Shown here piece after piece: positions 17,506 to 25,299 of a DNA stretch of 49,696 bases; positions within the stretch are counted from its first letter, which is position 1; each line of letters opens with the position of its first letter. The DNA comes from Polyangiales bacterium (GTDB taxonomy: Bacteria; Myxococcota_A; Polyangia; Polyangiales; Houyiibacteriaceae). Position numbers and translations under genes: made by a program. The stretch is taken from NCBI GenBank assembly GCA_045106895.1, contig JBGCFM010000088.1, positions 1 through 49,696 of the forward strand. Reading direction: 5' to 3'. A model generated the notes under the pieces. The model ran no database searches and was not told the DNA's origin. It saw only the letters and a program-made list of their open reading frames with translations.

Positions 17506-18915
17506 TCAGGGCTCGGGGATGGTGATCGTCGATGCGATTCCGTAGTGGTCCGACGGCGGCACCATCACACCGTCTCCGGCGTCCACGTTGGCTTCGTCAA
17601 ACGTGCGCTCCGACGCGGTGACCTGGCTGCGGCTCAGGCCGTGGAGGAAGATGTGGTCGATCCACACGTCGAGGGTGTCTTCATCGTTGTTGGCGTTGCT
17701 CGAACAGTACGTGCACTGAGCTTCGAAGTCGCGGGCGACCCCCAACTCGTAGACGTCTCGGAGGCGCTCAAAGGTCGCCGGGGCTTCGTCACCTAGATCC
17801 GGACCCAGTCCTGCGGTGCCGGTGTTGAGGTCGCCGAGGATGATGCCGGGTCGCGATGCCGAGCGCTCGCTTACGAGGGAGATAATCTTCTCCACTTGAA
17901 GAAGCTGCTCTGCGGCCCAGCCTTCGGCGCCGCTCATTCCAGCGCCGTACTGACCGGTGTAGGGGAAGGTGAAGTCTTCGAAAATCGGCGTGAGGTGATT
18001 GCAGTAAACGTCGACTTCAGCGCCCGATGGGAGTGTTGCCGTCGCCACAGTGACGACGCGCTGGTTCCACGAACCCGGGACGACGTAGTTGACGGGCTCC
18101 GAGAGGGGGAACTTGGAGAGGATCATGGTGCTGCTCTGACCGCGGAAGGCGAGCGTCGCGTTGGTCTCCGTAGTGCACAGGTCGCGCATCTCGGAGAAGG
18201 TCTCGGTGGGCAGCTGCGTCGTCAGGCAGCTGTAGCATCGCTGCTGATCGGCATCGCCAGTGAGGAGGGGCACGACGGCGGCGACGCAGTTCGCGGCGGC
18301 GCAGGCGGAGCTGACGGTCTGCCCTTCTTCGCTACCTGGCGACGTCGAGCAGTTTTCGGAGAGGCAGTCGACCGCTGCGGCCAGCTCCTCTTCGTACCCA
18401 GCACACGGCGCCGTGTCGAAGGGCGTCGGGATCGCACCGGTCTGATCTTCCGGGGAAGTGATAGGCGTCGAGAAGTCCGTTGTGTGAGAAACGATGTGAG
18501 GGAAGTTCGCCGTCGCAGCGGCGATGACGAGGTCCTTGTCGCTCTGCTCCCAGACTTCCTGCAGACAGACGATGTCTGAGTCCAAGGCCGCGACGGCGTC
18601 GATGACGGGCGTGCGACGAGCCGCTTCGTTTGGAACGAAGGCGCCAGCCAAAGCGAGGTTGAATGTCTGAACTTCGATGTCGCTGCCGGGGATGCGCGCC
18701 ACATCGGGGGTATTGGCGTCCGGGACGAAGGGCACGTCGGGCCCCCCCGAATCCACAGTCCCCACGTCCGTGGTCCCGGTGTCAGTAGTCCCCGTGTCCG
18801 CCAAGGCTGCGTCGGACCCCGAGTCGCCAGGCCCCGTATCCGTTGTGGGCGTCGAGTCGTCGCCACATGCGATGGCTAAGAGGAGGGAAAGAGAGAGTGC
18901 GCTAAAACGGGCCAT
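17506..18915 (-). CDS. Endonuclease/exonuclease/phosphatase (EEP) family lipoprotein
   Basis: Lipobox LAIA-C; TFNL, CLQEV, NHL, GDLN, IDHI and SDHY motifs; start ATG 18915 with AAGGA SD. Confidence 0.88.
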   Translation of the reverse strand: MARFSALSLSLLLAIACGDDSTPTTDTGPGDSGSDAALADTGTTDTGTTDVGTVDSGGPDVPFVPDANTPDVARIPGSDIEVQTFNLALAGAFVPNEAARRTPVIDAVAALDSDIVCLQEVWEQSDKDLVIAAATANFPHIVSHTTDFSTPITSPEDQTGAIPTPFDTAPCAGYEEELAAAVDCLSENCSTSPGSEEGQTVSSACAAANCVAAVVPLLTGDADQQRCYSCLTTQLPTETFSEMRDLCTTETNATLAFRGQSSTMILSKFPLSEPVNYVVPGSWNQRVVTVATATLPSGAEVDVYCNHLTPIFEDFTFPYTGQYGAGMSGAEGWAAEQLLQVEKIISLVSERSASRPGIILGDLNTGTAGLGPDLGDEAPATFERLRDVYELGVARDFEAQCTYCSSNANNDEDTLDVWIDHIFLHGLSRSQVTASERTFDEANVDAGDGVMVPPSDHYGIASTITIPEP

Positions 18916-19076
18916 GAGTTCCTTGCTGGTGTCGCTTCGCGAGAGCTCGCGCCGCAACCCAATTTCTAGCGGAGTCGATGAGCTGAGACAATATCCGCGG
19001 GGGACTCTGCTGAATGCGCAGCGTGAAAAGGACAAAAGCCGGGCTAACGCCCCCTTCTTTCGTGCATCTTAGAAAC

Positions 19077-19565
19077 ATGAAGCGACGCTCACTTCTTCGA
19101 GGCCTCTGCGCCCTCCCCCTCCTTGGTGCATGCAACGGCGCCGGTGCTCAGAGCCCCGCAGCGACCCCACACCCAAACCCACTTCGCCTCAGCGAGGCCG
19201 AATGGCGGGAGCGTTTGAGCCCCACGGCGTACCGAGTGCTGCGCGAAGAAGGAACCGAGCGTCCGTTTACCAGCCCTCTGAATACGGAACACCGCTCCGG
19301 CAAATTCCATTGCGCTGGATGCGCCACGGAGCTCTTCTCGTCGACGGACAAGTTTGACTCGGGCACGGGATGGCCAAGCTTCACTCGGCCCTCCATCGCG
19401 GCCAATATCGTGGAGCGAGAAGATGGCAGCCTGGGAATGCGTCGAACGGAAGTCCACTGCGCGCGCTGCGGTGGACACCAAGGTCATGTCTTCACCGATG
19501 GCCCACGTCCTACGGGGCTACGCTACTGCATCAACGGAGTCAGCCTCGAGTTTCGTCCGGGCTAG
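19077..19565 (+). CDS. msrB: Peptide-methionine (R)-S-oxide reductase with Tat/lipoprotein signal
   Basis: GTERPF, two Cxx[20 protein letters not shown] and RYCIN; N-terminus MKRRSLL...LLGAC. Confidence 0.95.
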   Translation: MKRRSLLRGLCALPLLGACNGAGAQSPAATPHPNPLRLSEAEWRERLSPTAYRVLREEGTERPFTSPLNTEHRSGKFHCAGCATELFSSTDKFDSGTGWPSFTRPSIAANIVEREDGSLGMRRTEVHCARCGGHQGHVFTDGPRPTGLRYCINGVSLEFRPG

Positions 19566-19744
19566 GCCAGCCATCGGGCTGCAGGACACGTCAGGTCCTA
19601 CCTTCTGAAACGCGCACTAGCTAGGCATCATCGCTCCGTGGGGACGGCACCACTTAGCGTGGAGCGCGCCCCACGATGAAACCGGCGCACTCATCGGAAT
19701 GCACCGCGTTCTAGGTTGGCACACATCTTCCGTGTTCGTCAGGC

Positions 19745-20080
19745 ATGGACGTCGCTTCTCAGCTCTCTACACCCACCTTTGACATAGGCCTCGCCCCCCG
19801 TAGCCCATCGAACTTCTATGTGGATCTTGGTGGCGAAGTCCGCGGCGTATTCGTCTCCACCTACGACTTTCACCAGCACGCCATCGGCACGCAGGTTCGC
19901 TTGCAGTTGCATCTGCCCGACGGCCGAGAGCTCTCCGTCGAAGGCACCGTCGAATGGCAACGCCTCGATTCTTATGAAGGCCCAGGTTATGGCGTGCGCT
20001 TCAGCGGCGAGCTTCCCGAACATGACCACGAACGAGTCGTCCGCTTCATGGAGCTTCGAGAGCCGCTCTTCTATGTTTAG
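19745..20080 (+). CDS. PilZ-like domain protein (degenerate)
   Basis: SNFY...GVFVST...IGTQVRLQLHLP...GTVEW...GYGVRF...REPLFY resembles myxobacterial stand-alone PilZ proteins. Confidence 0.7.
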   Translation: MDVASQLSTPTFDIGLAPRSPSNFYVDLGGEVRGVFVSTYDFHQHAIGTQVRLQLHLPDGRELSVEGTVEWQRLDSYEGPGYGVRFSGELPEHDHERVVRFMELREPLFYV

Positions 20081-20279
20081 CGCGCTTCACGCGCCGGACT
20101 GCCATCACTGCGCCGCCAAGCTCTCCCGCTCCCGACGCTCCAGGTTTTCGGACCGTCTGGCCAGCGTTGTCGGTCTCTTTCCGTGGCGCTGTCGTGACTG
20201 CAATCGACGGCAATGGCGTCTTCGTCGCTCCCGCGACACTGCCAAACGCCGGCCTTCTTCGTCGTCCGCCGAGGATTAG
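20073..20279 (+). CDS. Small Zn-ribbon protein (68 aa)
   Basis: ATG overlaps the end of the PilZ gene (ATGTTTAG); CHHC...FPWRCRDC pattern. Confidence 0.6.
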   Translation: MFSALHAPDCHHCAAKLSRSRRSRFSDRLASVVGLFPWRCRDCNRRQWRLRRSRDTAKRRPSSSSAED

Positions 20280-20301
20280 AACGAATCTCTACTCCGGGCC
20301 G

Positions 20302-21234
20302 CTAGTGGCCTTGGCTCAACAAGAAGCGTGCGTCTTCGGCGTTAACTCCACGCGGATAACGTTGAAGGTAGAGGCGGAGCACCCGGGCTCCACTCTCGGG
20401 GCTGCCACTCTCCAGCTCAAGTCGACCTCGCGCGAAGAGTGCGGCCTCTGCCCAAGGTCCCCCGCCACGCGCCAGTCGTCGATAAATACGTATGGCGGAA
20501 GCAGCGTCCTGAGCCTCAAGGGCTGCGGCGCGTTCATATCTCTGTGCGTCTGTCCGGCGTGAAGGTCTCGGCCTCGCGCTCGGATCAAGGTCACTCCCCT
20601 CGGCTTCTTCAGGACCCGCCTCAGGGATCACCGGCTCTTCGTTTGTGGACCACTGTTGCCCCGCCCGAAGTTCGCTCGCCTCGTTAGCGTGGGTCACGCG
20701 CACCACGCCTTCTCGAACTTCCACGTCCACATGTTCAGAGTCGCGGGTCACGACGAAACGCGTGCCCACAACTTCAACACGGGTATTCGCGGCTTGAACG
20801 ACGAAGCGCGGACGTTCATCTCGAGGAGCGACGACGAACTCGACGCGCCCTTCGTCCAAGGCGACCACCCAGCCGCTATCCGAACTCCCCACCGCCAGCC
20901 CTTGGGCGTTCGGGCCGAGGACGAGACGAACATCATCGAGAGCCAGTTCTGCCCCCTCCGGCCCGCCTCGAAATCGCGTCGATTGGGTGGTCGGAGCGGC
21001 GGCGTCGTCGCGGACGGCGAAAGCATCCAAACCCACCATTAAAAGCACAGACGCCGCGACGGACAATGCCGCCACAGCGATCAGTGCAACGGAGTTGCGC
21101 GGCCTCTTGTTCGGCGAAGACGACGGTAACGAAGGGTCACCATCGAGCTCGGCGAAGACCACCTCTTCGATGCGCGCCCATTCCGCGTCGGGTAGCTCGT
21201 CCACGCAGAGGGGAGAGTCGTCCGGATGACTCAT
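20302..21234 (-). CDS. FecR-domain anti-sigma factor with C-terminal TPR-like helices
   Basis: Single TM; LDEGRVEF...RFVVQA...VEVVGTRFVV...VEVREGVVRV; YLQRYPRG; ATGA overlap with the ECF gene. Confidence 0.85.
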   Translation of the reverse strand: MSHPDDSPLCVDELPDAEWARIEEVVFAELDGDPSLPSSSPNKRPRNSVALIAVAALSVAASVLLMVGLDAFAVRDDAAAPTTQSTRFRGGPEGAELALDDVRLVLGPNAQGLAVGSSDSGWVVALDEGRVEFVVAPRDERPRFVVQAANTRVEVVGTRFVVTRDSEHVDVEVREGVVRVTHANEASELRAGQQWSTNEEPVIPEAGPEEAEGSDLDPSARPRPSRRTDAQRYERAAALEAQDAASAIRIYRRLARGGGPWAEAALFARGRLELESGSPESGARVLRLYLQRYPRGVNAEDARFLLSQGH

Positions 21235-21821
21235 CGCAGCTCCTTCCGGATGAACTCACGGAGTGCCGGGTTGTGACGAGCGCGCTCGCCAACCATCTTT
21301 CGTGCCCGCCAAACACGATTCTTCGCCGCCACGATACTCACGGCGGTCACCGTCGCAACGTCGCTCATCGAGCGCCCGTCGATGACATAAAGCGTGTAGG
21401 CGATACGGTATTTGGCTTCGAGACCATCGAGAATTGCGTAGAGACTCTCCACCGCGCGGCGTGCGGCGTATCGCGATTCATCGGTACTCCGGTCTTCTTG
21501 TACGTCGTCCACGAGACGAAGATGGCCGGGCCGTTTCACCTTCATCGACAGGTATCGGTAGGCCACACGGGCCGCAACAGTGTCAGCCCACGTGTCGAGC
21601 GTCGACCGACCTTCGAAGGAAGGCAGTGAGCGAAACACCTCCACGAAGCTGTCCTGAATCAGATCTGGCACCTGTGCATTCGACCCCATGATGCGATACA
21701 AGGTTCGGTGAATCGTTCGCTTCAGGCGTTGAAAAAGCGCGCGCTGGGCGGAAACATCCTGCGCCAAACAGCGACGGACCAGCACCCGATCGCCCTCGCG
21801 CTCTGTCTTTGATGCCTTCAC
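21231..21821 (-). CDS. ECF RNA polymerase sigma factor (start uncertain)
   Basis: DLIQDSFVEVFRSLPSFEGRSTLDTW (region 2); AAKNRVWRARK (region 4). Confidence 0.88.
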   Translation of the reverse strand: MKASKTEREGDRVLVRRCLAQDVSAQRALFQRLKRTIHRTLYRIMGSNAQVPDLIQDSFVEVFRSLPSFEGRSTLDTWADTVAARVAYRYLSMKVKRPGHLRLVDDVQEDRSTDESRYAARRAVESLYAILDGLEAKYRIAYTLYVIDGRSMSDVATVTAVSIVAAKNRVWRARKMVGERARHNPALREFIRKELR

Positions 21822-22882
21822 TTCCTCCACTGTGGCGCGACCCGCCGCGATCGTCGCAGAAAAGTGCCCGACAACTGTGGATTGTCGTCTTGGTGATGCT
21901 CGTATCCGGCGGCACAGCACTTTCTCAACCATCCGCCTCGCAAGTCGTGATGGTCGCGCCCAGTGAGAACCTCCTACATGCGGTCACCCGGACCCTGGCT
22001 GCCTGGAACGTGGAGGTGGCTGCCGTTCCGGATGACAACCCGGGGCCGACGATGCCCGCCTCGTCTTCCGAAGGGCGCCGAATCGCTGAGCAATACGACG
22101 CCCTCGCCGTGGTCTGGGTGTCTGAATCCAATGACGGGTTTGCGCTCTGGGTCTTCGATAGGCGAACCGACCAAGTCGCGGCGCGACCTCTTCCCAGTGG
22201 ACCTCCTTTTGATGAGCCTTTGGCGGCGCAGGTCGCGCTCACCGTAAAAACACTACTCCGCACCATTCCCCAGTTTCGTTCTGATAACCGCCAAGAGCCC
22301 ACGGACGAGGCCATCGTGACTCGGCCCAGTCCTGAATCGATGCAGGAAGCGGAAGAACTCTTGGGCGTCGATATTCTCGCCGCGGCAGGCGTTCGAGGCC
22401 TCGCACTGACACCAGGCGTTCCGGACGCACGTGTGGCGCTAGGAGTGACTCTTCGGCCACGTGGGTTTCGGAGAGCTCTTGGACTTTCGTTGCTTCTCGA
22501 GAGTGGGCCTGGTGTTCGGAGCCCACACAGCGACCTCGATGCGCGCTGGACCGACTCATCGTTGACCCTCGGTGTCGGCGGACGGCTTCATCTTGGCACA
22601 CGCTTTGACGTCGGCGCGAGCATCGGTTTCGGTGCGCGTTTTACGACGCTTGATGGCGAAACTCGCGTGGGTAGCCCGGTCGCTCGACGTCGCGTCACGC
22701 TGGTCAGCCGAGCCGAAGTTGAACTAGGGGTGATGCTCGTCCCATGGATTCGTTTGATGCTCCGCGGCGGCACCCATGTCGGCTGGACCGTGCAGCGTTA
22801 TTTTGCCGGCGACGAGCTGGCCCTCGATGTGAGGAGAGCGAGTCTTCAGGGCCTTTTTGGCCTCGAATTCCGTGTTCAATGA
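21809..22882 (+). CDS. Exported hypothetical protein, probable C-terminal beta-barrel-like domain (true start probably about 21875-21896)
   Basis: Hydrophobic signal-like stretch, alternating beta-strand patterns, ends GLFGLEFRVQ; divergent from the ECF gene. Confidence 0.65.
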   Translation: MMPSLPPLWRDPPRSSQKSARQLWIVVLVMLVSGGTALSQPSASQVVMVAPSENLLHAVTRTLAAWNVEVAAVPDDNPGPTMPASSSEGRRIAEQYDALAVVWVSESNDGFALWVFDRRTDQVAARPLPSGPPFDEPLAAQVALTVKTLLRTIPQFRSDNRQEPTDEAIVTRPSPESMQEAEELLGVDILAAAGVRGLALTPGVPDARVALGVTLRPRGFRRALGLSLLLESGPGVRSPHSDLDARWTDSSLTLGVGGRLHLGTRFDVGASIGFGARFTTLDGETRVGSPVARRRVTLVSRAEVELGVMLVPWIRLMLRGGTHVGWTVQRYFAGDELALDVRRASLQGLFGLEFRVQ

Positions 22883-22958
22883 GTTTGTTTCGTCTCCCGA
22901 GGAGATTCTTGCGACCATTTCGACGCGTCGGCCCACTGTGTTGGCGATGACTACTAGC

Positions 22959-23954
22959 ATGATCCCTCCTCGTCAGATGCTTGGAACTCTGTCGTTGTTC
23001 CTCGTTCTCGGCTGCAGTTGCAGCGAAGAGGTACAGCTCGACGATGGAGGGGCTCGTGACGGTGGCGGGAGCGACTCCGCGGAGGTCGACGCTGTTGGTA
23101 ATGACGCCGCCGGCACCGACGCCACCGGCACCGACGCCGGGCTTCCTATCGATGCGGCAGGCGTCGACGGTGGACGCGTCGATGGCGGCGCCGCCGATGC
23201 ATCAACTCCGCCCACCATCGTCATGTGTCAGTCCCAAGTCTACGCTTGCGGCAATACCATTGACGACGATGGCGACGGACTCACGGACGACCAAGACCCC
23301 GACTGTCTTGGTCCCTGCGATAACAACGAAGGAGGACTCTTCCTCGACATCCCTGGGGGTGACTCCGCACCCTGTAGACTCGACTGCTATTTCGATGGCG
23401 ACCAGGGCCCCGGAAACGACGGATGCAACTGGGACCACCGCTGCGATCCGCTCGAGCCTGACCTCATCTGCGAATACACCGACCCGCCGCCAGCCTCGGC
23501 GATGTGTCCCGATGTCCAAGACCCCGAATGCGAAGATACCTGCGCACCGCTCGTTCCAAACGGTTGCGACTGTTTTGGCTGCTGCAACTTGCCCGCGGGC
23601 GGAGACCGCTGGGTGTTCATCGGATCGTTGAATAGCGACGAAGAACCCACCTGCACCATCGACCAAGCGGGTGATGACGAGGCCTGCCATCCCTGCACGC
23701 CGGTAGACAACTGTCTCAACCCATGCGGCGAATGTGAGCTTTGTTTGGGCCGCACCGAGCTTCCGCCAAGCTGCTTTCCTCCAGGTGCTGACGCTGGGGT
23801 GGCCGACGCCGGTTCCGACGACGCAGGAAGCCCCGACGGGGGCGTGCCCCTTCCAACATGTGAAGATGGACGACAGCTCTGTGGTGTCCCCGGCGCTCCC
23901 AGCTGTCCCCCTGGCGACTACTGCCTCACAGGCTGCTGCACTTTCTTCAACTAG
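22959..23954 (+). CDS. Cys/Asp-rich lipoprotein
   Basis: Lipobox LVLG-C; DAG/DGG low-complexity repeats; CGNTIDDDGDGLTDDQDPDC Ca-binding-like motif; more than 25 Cys. Start 22947 or 22959. Confidence 0.8.
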   Translation: MIPPRQMLGTLSLFLVLGCSCSEEVQLDDGGARDGGGSDSAEVDAVGNDAAGTDATGTDAGLPIDAAGVDGGRVDGGAADASTPPTIVMCQSQVYACGNTIDDDGDGLTDDQDPDCLGPCDNNEGGLFLDIPGGDSAPCRLDCYFDGDQGPGNDGCNWDHRCDPLEPDLICEYTDPPPASAMCPDVQDPECEDTCAPLVPNGCDCFGCCNLPAGGDRWVFIGSLNSDEEPTCTIDQAGDDEACHPCTPVDNCLNPCGECELCLGRTELPPSCFPPGADAGVADAGSDDAGSPDGGVPLPTCEDGRQLCGVPGAPSCPPGDYCLTGCCTFFN

Positions 23955-24054
23955 ATGGGTTCACGGGAAAACCTGAACCTGCTTAAGGTTTGGTTCAGGA
24001 GTTCGCCGTCTAACTTAGTGAGCCCAATGACTGGGCTTCTAAGGAGAAACGACG

Positions 24055-24468
24055 ATGCCCGCCCTTACGACCAAAGCCCTTGTTCTCGGACTTAGTACGA
24101 TCATTGGTGGAACCGGTGTCGCGTTAGGGTCCGAACTTAGCGCAGACGCAGCTCAAGCGGAGCACACGCTTGCGTCACACGACGCTCCATCTGAAAAAGC
24201 CGTCAGAGCTCACGCTCGAAGAGGAGAGCGCGCCGACACACGTGTGGCGCGCCGCGCCGAGCACCGGAGCACACGTGAAGCACGCCGGGAAGCACGCGAA
24301 GCATTGAGGGCCGAGCGCCCGGCCCCTGGTGAAGGTCCTCGTGGGCTGTCTCGCGAAGCACGCGAAGCCATGAGGGAGTCGGCACCCGGACAGGCGCGCC
24401 GCGAAGCCCGAAACAGCAACGCCGCACGTAGAGGCCCTCCCGCTCGACGCGGCATGCGCGGGCACTAA
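24055..24468 (+). CDS. Exported Arg/Glu-rich helical hypothetical protein
   Basis: AAGGAG SD, N-terminal signal, REARREAREA repeats, followed by a terminator. Confidence 0.7.
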   Translation: MPALTTKALVLGLSTIIGGTGVALGSELSADAAQAEHTLASHDAPSEKAVRAHARRGERADTRVARRAEHRSTREARREAREALRAERPAPGEGPRGLSREAREAMRESAPGQARREARNSNAARRGPPARRGMRGH

Positions 24469-24480
24469 CCTCCCGCGCAC

Positions 24481-24506
24481 AAAGGCACCCGAAAGGGTGC
24501 CTTTTG
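24481..24506 (+). terminator. Intrinsic terminator
   Basis: AAGGCACCC-GAAA-GGGTGCCTT-TTG perfect hairpin. Confidence 0.85.
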
Positions 24507-24521
24507 CCTTCGCGGCGCTCA

Positions 24522-24549
24522 TTGACTCCGCGTTGGCATCTTCTAGGCT
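24522..24549 (+). promoter_or_regulatory. Sigma70-type promoter, likely giving a leaderless mRNA
   Basis: TTGACT - 16 nt - TAGGCT, ending 6 nt before GTG 24556. Confidence 0.6.
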
Positions 24550-24555
24550 CGGCTT

Positions 24556-25230
24556 GTGGCCACGTTCTACATCGCCATCGCGGGTATATTCGCCTTCAAC
24601 ACAGCGCTCCTCGCTTTCTTGAGTTGGGCCTACTACTCGCCGCGCTTTACCGAGCGTCGCATTAGCGCCAAGCCCGGCATCAAGGTTCCGTGGCCCGCCC
24701 GGCTGCGAACCATGGCCGTCATCTCCACCCTCTCCCTCGTCATCGTACTTGGCGGAACGTACTTCGGCTTTTCGCTCCTCGTCAGCGCAGACGCCTCGCC
24801 TTGGTGGGTCATTGGCCTTCAAGCGACGGGCATCCTCGTCGCCTACGACTTCGCGTACTACTTCCTGCACCGAACGCTCCACCACAAGAAGCTCATGCGC
24901 TTCGTTCATGGCGTGCATCACCGGGCCCGGAACCCGTCGGCGCTCGAGAGCTTCTACCTGCATCCCATCGAGCTGGCCCTTGGACTGGGCCTCCTCCTCG
25001 TTTGCAGCGCGGCGATTGGGCCGGTTCATCCCACGGCGTTCCTTATCGCGTTTTTCGTCTACTCGAACCTCAACATCATCATCCACGCTGGTATCGACCT
25101 GCCCGGCTTCTTGCTGAAGCCCACCAGTTTCCTGACGCGTAAACACCACGTTCATCACCAGGATGACTTCAACAAGAACTTCTCGTCCTTGACGCCGCTG
25201 CCGGATCTCATCTTCCGAACCGCTGGCTAG
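24556..25230 (+). CDS. Sterol desaturase / fatty acid hydroxylase family protein
   Basis: His boxes HRTLHH, HGVHH, HPIE, IHAG and HHVHH...KNFS. Confidence 0.9.
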   Translation: MATFYIAIAGIFAFNTALLAFLSWAYYSPRFTERRISAKPGIKVPWPARLRTMAVISTLSLVIVLGGTYFGFSLLVSADASPWWVIGLQATGILVAYDFAYYFLHRTLHHKKLMRFVHGVHHRARNPSALESFYLHPIELALGLGLLLVCSAAIGPVHPTAFLIAFFVYSNLNIIIHAGIDLPGFLLKPTSFLTRKHHVHHQDDFNKNFSSLTPLPDLIFRTAG

Positions 25231-25299
25231 TTGGGGCATTTTTGACCGAGCCTCGCGACACCACGCCGCTCACGGCGAAGGTTGTGTACAATCTGCGCG

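Noticed and set aside
19717..19731. TGGCAC-N5-TTCC as a sigma54 promoter for the PilZ gene
   Set aside because: The near-invariant -12 GC is CC; too weak to call.
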